Origin: an uncultured cyanobacterium
Lineage (GTDB): Bacteria > Cyanobacteriota > Cyanobacteriia > PCC-6307 > Cyanobiaceae
Assembly (NCBI GenBank): GCA_963697335.1
Contig: CAVONQ010000016.1
Coordinates: forward strand, 1 to 64,000
Length of the DNA: 64,000 nucleotides
Direction of reading: 5' to 3'
How positions within the stretch are numbered: position 1 is the first letter of the stretch; every line of letters starts with the position of its first letter. The notes beneath the pieces are model-generated. The model ran no database searches and was not told where the DNA came from. It saw nothing but the letters and a program-made list of their open reading frames with translations. Shown in pieces: positions 58,066 through 64,000 of this stretch. Made by a program: the position numbers and the translations under genes.

Positions 58066-58971
58066 TCAGGCCACCAGCTGCTCCTCAGTCGGCGGGGCAG
58101 GCGGCACCGCGGCCGAAAGCTGGGCCACGGTGCCGCCAAGGGCCTCTGCCGCGCAGCGCCGCAGGCTCAGGCAGGCGCCCAGGCCGCCGGGCTGCTCCAG
58201 GTCCACCTTGCCCTGGTGGCAGAGGAAGAGCAGGGCCCAGAACACCCCCACCCGATCCCGGTCCAGGTCATCGTCCATCCCGGCCGGCTGGGGGGCTTCG
58301 GCCCAGGCGCCCACGAGTTCCTCGAAGTCGACCCAGTCATGGGCTGGGTCCCAGCTCAGCATGAACTGGCTGAGGGCGGCGGTGGTCTCCGGCAGCTTCT
58401 CCCGGTGGGCCAGGTTGGTCACCTGGGCGATCGCCGCCCGATCGCTGTAGCGATGGGGGCGGTGACGCTGACGGCTGGGGCCCGCAGGCTCCTGCTCCAG
58501 CCGCTCAGCGATCTCCTCGAGCTGGCGGATCAACTCGCCCAGCGTCACCGGGCGCTGCAGGGGTGGCGGCGCCACCGGGCGGCGCCAGAGGTGGCGCTCC
58601 GGCCGTCGCGGCAGTTGCAGGGCAGGATCACTGCCCCAGTCGGCCCCCTCGGCGTCGAAGGCGGCGTCGAAGCCGTCGTCCAGGGGCTCCTCCAGGGGCA
58701 GGGTGCTGGCCTCGAGCACCTCGGCCTTGAGGCTCACCAGCACCGAGGCGGCCAGGAAGGCCTCGCTGGCCTCCGCCAGGTCGTGCTCGTAGCTGCCTCC
58801 CCGGCTGGCTCCTGCCGCTGGCACCAGCCGGGGCACGGTGATCCTCTGGCGCAGCTGGTCCAGAAAGCCGTCGATCACGGCAATCACGTCCACGTCCCAG
58901 GGGTCGAGATCACCCTGTACGGCCGCATCCTGCAAGAGCCGGATGGCCAGTCTGGCGCCGCCGTCTGCCAA
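58066..58971 (-). CDS. scpA: Segregation/condensation protein A
   Basis: AIRLLQDAA..GDLDPWDVDVI, RPVTLGELI, DRVGVFWALLFL..QGKV.L.Q. Confidence 0.88.
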   Translation of the reverse strand: MADGGARLAIRLLQDAAVQGDLDPWDVDVIAVIDGFLDQLRQRITVPRLVPAAGASRGGSYEHDLAEASEAFLAASVLVSLKAEVLEASTLPLEEPLDDGFDAAFDAEGADWGSDPALQLPRRPERHLWRRPVAPPPLQRPVTLGELIRQLEEIAERLEQEPAGPSRQRHRPHRYSDRAAIAQVTNLAHREKLPETTAALSQFMLSWDPAHDWVDFEELVGAWAEAPQPAGMDDDLDRDRVGVFWALLFLCHQGKVDLEQPGGLGACLSLRRCAAEALGGTVAQLSAAVPPAPPTEEQLVA

Positions 58972-59054
58972 TCCCGTCCCGGTGGTCCAAAGGTCTGTGC
59001 CCGCACGCTACCGGCGTTGCCCAGGCTGAACCACCCCGGCGGCAGCCCTGCTGA

Positions 59055-59423
59055 TCAGGAGGCCGGGCTGGAGTCCTGCACGGAGGCCGTTTCGCCGGCA
59101 GCGGGCAGCAGGGCCAGCTGGGCGTCGACGGTGGCGCGGTAGCGCTGCAGGTCGTTCTCCAGCTCCTGGATGCGCACCTGCTGGGCCTCGTACTCGCCCT
59201 GGGTCTGCAGGGCTTCCACCTTGCGCACCACCCCGGTCCACACGGCGAACACCCAGGCAGCCGTGGCGCCGATGCCGCCCACCACCAGCAGCAACGCGGC
59301 CAGGGGCATGGTGGCATTGAGACCCGGCAGGAAGTGCACGGTGGTGGCGGCCGTGTTCTCCAGGGTGAACATCACCATGGCCAGACCGAAGCTGAAGATC
59401 AGCAGGAAGTTCAGCTGTTTCAT
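59055..59423 (-). CDS. LapA/DUF1049 family membrane protein
   Basis: MKQLNFLLIF..GL..V.F.LEN, PLA.LLL, C-terminal coiled coil. Confidence 0.75.
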   Translation of the reverse strand: MKQLNFLLIFSFGLAMVMFTLENTAATTVHFLPGLNATMPLAALLLVVGGIGATAAWVFAVWTGVVRKVEALQTQGEYEAQQVRIQELENDLQRYRATVDAQLALLPAAGETASVQDSSPAS

Positions 59424-59520
59424 GTCGCTCCCCCCAGGCGTGGGCGGCAGCTTAAGCACAATTCCGATGGCCGTCACGGTCGGAGGCGGGGCCCGCGCCC
59501 GGGCCATCGGCAGCCTGCGA

Positions 59521-61122
59521 TCAGGCCGGGGCTGCCGGAAGGGGCAGGGGCGGGGCCTGAAGCAGCTGCTGGCGGATCAGACGGCTGGCGGGGGGCGCGA
59601 TCACCCTGGCCATGGCGTTGTTCTCCCGCAGCACCAGGGCCTCGATCGAGGCGCGGTAGCTGTCGGTCATGATCCGGGGATAGAGACCGATGCCGATGAT
59701 GGGCACCAGCAGGCAGCTGATCACATAGATCTCGCGGGGCTCGGCATCCACCAGGTTGGTGTGGGAGGCCAGTTCGGCGTTCTCCTTGCCGAAGAAGATC
59801 TCGCGCAGCATCGACAGCAGGTAGATGGGAGTGAGAATCACGCCCACGGCCGCCAGGGCGGCGATCACCACCCGGAAGCTGAGCGTGTAGGCCTCGCTGG
59901 TGACGAAGCCCACGAACACCATCAGCTCCGAGACGAAACCACTCATGCCCGGCAGGGCCAGGGAGGCGAGGCTGCACACCGTCCAGAGGGCAAACATCTT
60001 GCGCATCTTCTGGCCCACGCCGCCCATTTCATCGAGTTGCAGGGTGTGGGTGCGGTCGTAGGTGGCGCCCACCAGGAAGAACAGGCTGGCGCCGATCAGG
60101 CCATGGCTGATCATCTGCAGCATGGCGCCGCTGGTGCCCAGGTCGCTGAAGCTGCCGATGCCGATCAGCACGAAGCCCATGTGGCTGATCGAGCTGTAGG
60201 CGATTTTGCGCTTGAGGTTCCTCTGGGCGAAGGAGGTGAGGGCGGCGTAGATGATGTTCACCACCCCGAGCACCACCAGCAGCGGCGCGAACTGGGCATG
60301 GCCCTCAGGCAGCAGCTGCACGTTGAAGCGGAGCAGCGCATAGCCCCCCATCTTGAGCAGGATGCCGGCCAGCAGCATGTGCACCGGCGCCGTCGCCTCG
60401 CCGTGGGCATCCGGCAGCCAGGTGTGCAGGGGCACGATCGGCAGCTTCACCCCGAAGGCGATCAACAGGCCCGCGTAGCAGAGCACCTGGAATTTGGTGC
60501 CGAACTCCTTGGCCATCAGGGTCGTGTACTCGAAGCTGATGTCCCCGCCGTAGAAGGCCATCGCCAGGCCCACGATCAGGATGAACAGGGAGCTGCCGGC
60601 GGTGTACAGAATGAACTTGGTGGCGGCGTACTGGCGCTTCTTGCCGCCCCAGATGGCCAGCAGCAGGTACACCGGCAGCAGCTCCAGCTCCCAGGCCAGG
60701 AAGAACAGCAGCATGTCCTGCACGGCAAACACCGCGATCTGGCCGCCGTCCATGGCCAGCAGCAGGAAGTAGAAGAGCTTCGGCTTGAACGTCACCGGCC
60801 AGGCGGCCAGGGCGGCCAGGGCGGTGATGAAGCTGGTGAGCAGGATCAGCGGCATCGAGAGGCCATCGGCTCCCACCGACCAGGCCAGCCCCAGATCCGG
60901 CAGCCACTCCACCCGCTGCACCAACTGCAGACCCTCCACGGAGGGGTCGTAGCCGTTGAGGTAGCCCGCCACCGTGATCAGGAAGGTGGTGAGGGCGATG
61001 CCGAGGGCGTACCAGCGCACCTGCTTGCCATCGCCCTTGTCGGGCACGAAGGGAATCAGCAGGGCCGCACCGATCGGGAACAGGATCGAGGTGCTGAGCC
61101 AGGGGAAAGGCACTGAAAGCAA
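59521..61122 (-). CDS. ndhD1: NDH-1 subunit D1
   Basis: [40 protein letters not shown]. Confidence 0.95.
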   Translation of the reverse strand: MLSVPFPWLSTSILFPIGAALLIPFVPDKGDGKQVRWYALGIALTTFLITVAGYLNGYDPSVEGLQLVQRVEWLPDLGLAWSVGADGLSMPLILLTSFITALAALAAWPVTFKPKLFYFLLLAMDGGQIAVFAVQDMLLFFLAWELELLPVYLLLAIWGGKKRQYAATKFILYTAGSSLFILIVGLAMAFYGGDISFEYTTLMAKEFGTKFQVLCYAGLLIAFGVKLPIVPLHTWLPDAHGEATAPVHMLLAGILLKMGGYALLRFNVQLLPEGHAQFAPLLVVLGVVNIIYAALTSFAQRNLKRKIAYSSISHMGFVLIGIGSFSDLGTSGAMLQMISHGLIGASLFFLVGATYDRTHTLQLDEMGGVGQKMRKMFALWTVCSLASLALPGMSGFVSELMVFVGFVTSEAYTLSFRVVIAALAAVGVILTPIYLLSMLREIFFGKENAELASHTNLVDAEPREIYVISCLLVPIIGIGLYPRIMTDSYRASIEALVLRENNAMARVIAPPASRLIRQQLLQAPPLPLPAAPA

Positions 61123-61237
61123 GGGTTCCGTTGGCCGGAGTGTAGAAATGCCCGCCAGGTGAACACTCCTACGGTGGGGGGAGGCACACAGTCCGTAGGG
61201 CTGGTGGGCTCAGATCCAAGGCCAGCAGGCCTTGGGA

Positions 61238-63247
61238 TCAGCCGAGGGAGCCGAACAGCACCACCAGGCCCACCACGCCCCCGAACACGATCAGGGCATA
61301 GAACTGGGCCCGGCCGGTCTCGAAGTACTTCAGCCCCTCGCCGCTGCCCAGGGTGACCAGGCCGGTGAGGTTCACCACCCCGTCCACCACCTTGGAGTCC
61401 ACCTCCAGCACGGAGCGCGCCAGCTTGCGGCTGCCCTTGACGAACAGCTTGTCGTTGATGGCATCGAGATACCACTTGTTGGCCAGGAAGGCGTTCACGG
61501 CCGGGAAGCGGCCGGCGACGGCCTTGCCCAGGTCGATCTTGTGCAGGGCATAGGCGAGCACCGCCAGGCCGATGCCGGCGCTGGAGATCGCCACCGAGGC
61601 CCCAGCCAGGGGCAGGAACTCGCCCCAGCTGAACTGCGCCGCCATCTCGGCGGCCTCCTCCGGCTCCAGCAGCGCCGCAAAGCGACTGTTCCAGGGGGTG
61701 CCGAGCAGGCCGATCAGCACCGAAGGCACCGCCAGCACGGCCAGGGGCAGGGCCATCTGCCAACCGGATTCGTGGGGATGCTCGGCGTGGGCGTGTCCAT
61801 GCTCCTCCCCCTCATTGGAGCCACCACCTGCGGCGCTCAGCAGCTGGGTCTGCAGGGCCGCGTCGTTGCCGCGGAAGCTGCCCTCGAAGGTGAGGAAGTA
61901 GAGCCGGAACATGTAGAAGGCGGTCATCCCGGCGGTGATGAAGCCCATGGCCCAGAGCAGCGGGAAGCTGTTGAAGGCCTGGCCCAGGATCTCGTCCTTG
62001 CTCCAGAAGCCGGCCAGGGGAGGAATGCCGCTGATGGCCACGCAGCCGATCAGAAAGGTGGTGCTGGTCACGGGCATGAACTTGCGCAGACCCCCCATCA
62101 GGCGCATGTCCTGGGCGAGCACGGGCTCATGGCCCACCACCTCCTCCATGGCATGGATCACCGAGCCGGAGCCCAGGAACAGCATCGCCTTGAAGAAGGC
62201 GTGGGTGACCAGGTGGAACATGCCGGCCACCGGGGCGCCGCAGCCCATCGCCAGCATCATGTAGCCGAGCTGGCTCACGGTGCTGTAGGCCAGCCCCTTC
62301 TTGAGATCCATCTGGGTGAGGGCGATGGAGGCCCCCAGAAACAGGGTGATGGTGCCCACCACGGCGATCACCAGGTTGACCAGCGGGAAGGCGTCGTAGA
62401 GCGGCTGGAGCCGCGCCACCAGAAACACCCCAGCCGCCACCATGGTGGCGGCATGGATCAGGGCCGAGATCGGCGTGGGGCCCTCCATCGCGTCGGGGAG
62501 CCACACGTGCAACGGGAACTGGGCCGACTTGGCCATTGGCCCCATGAACACCAGCAGGCACAGGATCACGGCCACGCCGGTGCTGATGGTGCCTGCGCCC
62601 ACGGCCTCGCTGAGGCGGACGCCGATCTCCTCAAAGCCGAAACTGCCGGTGGCCCAGAACAGCCCCAGGATCCCCAGCAGCAGGCCGAAGTCGCCCACCC
62701 GGTTCACCACGAAGGCCTTCTGGGCCGCGTTGGCGGCACCGTCGCGGTCGTACCAGAAGCCCACCAGCAGGTAGGAGCACATGCCCACCAGCTCCCAGAA
62801 CACGTAGATCTCGAGCAGGTTGGGGCTGATCACCAGCCCCAGCATCGAGCTGCTGAACAGGGCCAGATAGGTGAAAAAGCGCACATAGCCCTTGTCGTGG
62901 GCCATGTAGCCATCGGAATACACCATCACCAGCAGGGCGATGGTGGTGACCAGGGCCAGCATCACGGCGCCGAGGGGATCGACGCGGAAGCCCATCTGCA
63001 GGTTGAAGCTGCCGGCGCTGGCCCAGTTGAACAGGATTTCCGTGGGGCCTGCCCCGGAGAGCTGCTCCGCCAGCACGGCGAAGCTGAGCACGGCGGCGGC
63101 CCCCACGCAGCTGATCAGCAGCAGGGCGGCGGGCTTGCGCAGCCGGTTCACGGTGCGGTTGAAGCTGATCAGACCCAGGCCCACCAGGCAGGCTCCTGCC
63201 AGGGGCAACACCGGGATCAACCAGGCGAGTTCAGCGGTTGAAGGCAT
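61238..63247 (-). CDS. ndhF1: NDH-1 subunit F1
   Basis: YMAHDKGY.RFF, KSAQFPLHVWLPDAMEGPTPISALIHAATMV. Confidence 0.96.
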   Translation of the reverse strand: MPSTAELAWLIPVLPLAGACLVGLGLISFNRTVNRLRKPAALLLISCVGAAAVLSFAVLAEQLSGAGPTEILFNWASAGSFNLQMGFRVDPLGAVMLALVTTIALLVMVYSDGYMAHDKGYVRFFTYLALFSSSMLGLVISPNLLEIYVFWELVGMCSYLLVGFWYDRDGAANAAQKAFVVNRVGDFGLLLGILGLFWATGSFGFEEIGVRLSEAVGAGTISTGVAVILCLLVFMGPMAKSAQFPLHVWLPDAMEGPTPISALIHAATMVAAGVFLVARLQPLYDAFPLVNLVIAVVGTITLFLGASIALTQMDLKKGLAYSTVSQLGYMMLAMGCGAPVAGMFHLVTHAFFKAMLFLGSGSVIHAMEEVVGHEPVLAQDMRLMGGLRKFMPVTSTTFLIGCVAISGIPPLAGFWSKDEILGQAFNSFPLLWAMGFITAGMTAFYMFRLYFLTFEGSFRGNDAALQTQLLSAAGGGSNEGEEHGHAHAEHPHESGWQMALPLAVLAVPSVLIGLLGTPWNSRFAALLEPEEAAEMAAQFSWGEFLPLAGASVAISSAGIGLAVLAYALHKIDLGKAVAGRFPAVNAFLANKWYLDAINDKLFVKGSRKLARSVLEVDSKVVDGVVNLTGLVTLGSGEGLKYFETGRAQFYALIVFGGVVGLVVLFGSLG

Positions 63248-63340
63248 CCGGCGGGCACGGGCTGGGCCGAGTGTAGGCAGTGCTCCCGGCGGCGCCGGTT
63301 GCTGATGGGGGATTGCCAGCACGGCCTGCTGGTTTGGAGC

Positions 63341-64000
63341 TCAGGCCAGCCAGTGCCCCAGGGCTGTGCGGGAAAAGGCCGTAGCCCCCACCCCGATGAA
63401 GCGGTGCGACCACCAGAACAGGCCCACCGCGATCACGATGCCGAGCTGGGCCGGGCGCAGAAACTCTGATGCCACCAGGCGCTGGCGGCCGTCGAGCACG
63501 GCGCGGAAGGGCAGGATCGAGGTGCTGGCCCGCAGTTCCTCGAAGGCCACCCCGAAGCGGTTGTGCAGGCGACGGTCGCCATTCCACACCGCGAACAGGT
63601 GGTGGGCGATCAGGCCGGCGCAGGTCACCAGGGTGAAGCTGGTGCCGATCCAGAGCAGGTGGGTGGTGCACCAGAGCACCTGGCCCACGGCCTGGGGATG
63701 GCGGCTGACGCGGATGATCCCGGTGGCATACAGCCGCACCTGGGGCTTCAGCAGCGCCGGGATTTCCAGCAGGTTGTAGGTGGCGGGGTAGAGAAACAGG
63801 AAGCTGATGGCCGTTCCCACCCACACCACCGGCACGATCCAGGGCTGGGACTGCAGGTCCCAGAGCCGCACGCCGTCGTAGCGGTGGGCCAGGAAGTAGC
63901 CCACCACCACCACCGCGGCGGGGATGCTGAGGGCGGCGAAGATCAGGCGCCAGGCCCGCTCGCCGATGCGTGCCACGCCCCACTGGCGCAGGGAGGCTCC
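63341..64000 (-). CDS. NnrU-family protein, probably 15-cis-zeta-carotene isomerase (5' end outside window)
   Basis: IGERAWRLIFA, LYPATYNLLEI, GIIRVSRHPQ, GDRRL..RFG. Confidence 0.8.
   Translation of the reverse strand, partial: GASLRQWGVARIGERAWRLIFAALSIPAAVVVVGYFLAHRYDGVRLWDLQSQPWIVPVVWVGTAISFLFLYPATYNLLEIPALLKPQVRLYATGIIRVSRHPQAVGQVLWCTTHLLWIGTSFTLVTCAGLIAHHLFAVWNGDRRLHNRFGVAFEELRASTSILPFRAVLDGRQRLVASEFLRPAQLGIVIAVGLFWWSHRFIGVGATAFSRTALGHWLA

Noticed and set aside
1..64000. CRISPR arrays, tRNA/rRNA genes, HIP1 enrichment
   Set aside because: No repeat-spacer array or RNA gene recognised by eye; GCGATCGC occurs only sporadically and was not counted against expectation.

Overview
High-GC picocyanobacterial chromosome, Cyanobium/Synechococcus cluster-5-like (inferred from gene content and order). 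Most of the window is housekeeping backbone: hisC, trpG-dgkA-ybeY-prfB, grxC-gshB, the menF/A/C/E phylloquinone cluster, ndhH, rsmH, gghA, chlM, nagA, purE, trpB, hrcA, sixA-gltA-ndhAIGE-nadK, metF, cugP, scpA and ndhD1/F1. A modest accessory patch lies at about 33.7-42 kb. The standout is the first 5.6 kb: an intact integron integrase (4656-5627, minus) in reversed orientation, with a putative attI downstream of its 3' end and three cassettes, each delimited by complementary core sites. Cassette 1 (2474 bp) encodes an IntI-related tyrosine recombinase translationally coupled to an IS91-family HUH/Y2 rolling-circle transposase and closes with its own short, atypical attC hairpin, so it looks like a potentially autonomous ('selfish') gene cassette. 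Cassette 2 (135 bp) is ORF-less, with a -10 box pointing into cassette 3, a mazEF cassette (805 bp). All calls come from reading motifs by eye; no searches were run.
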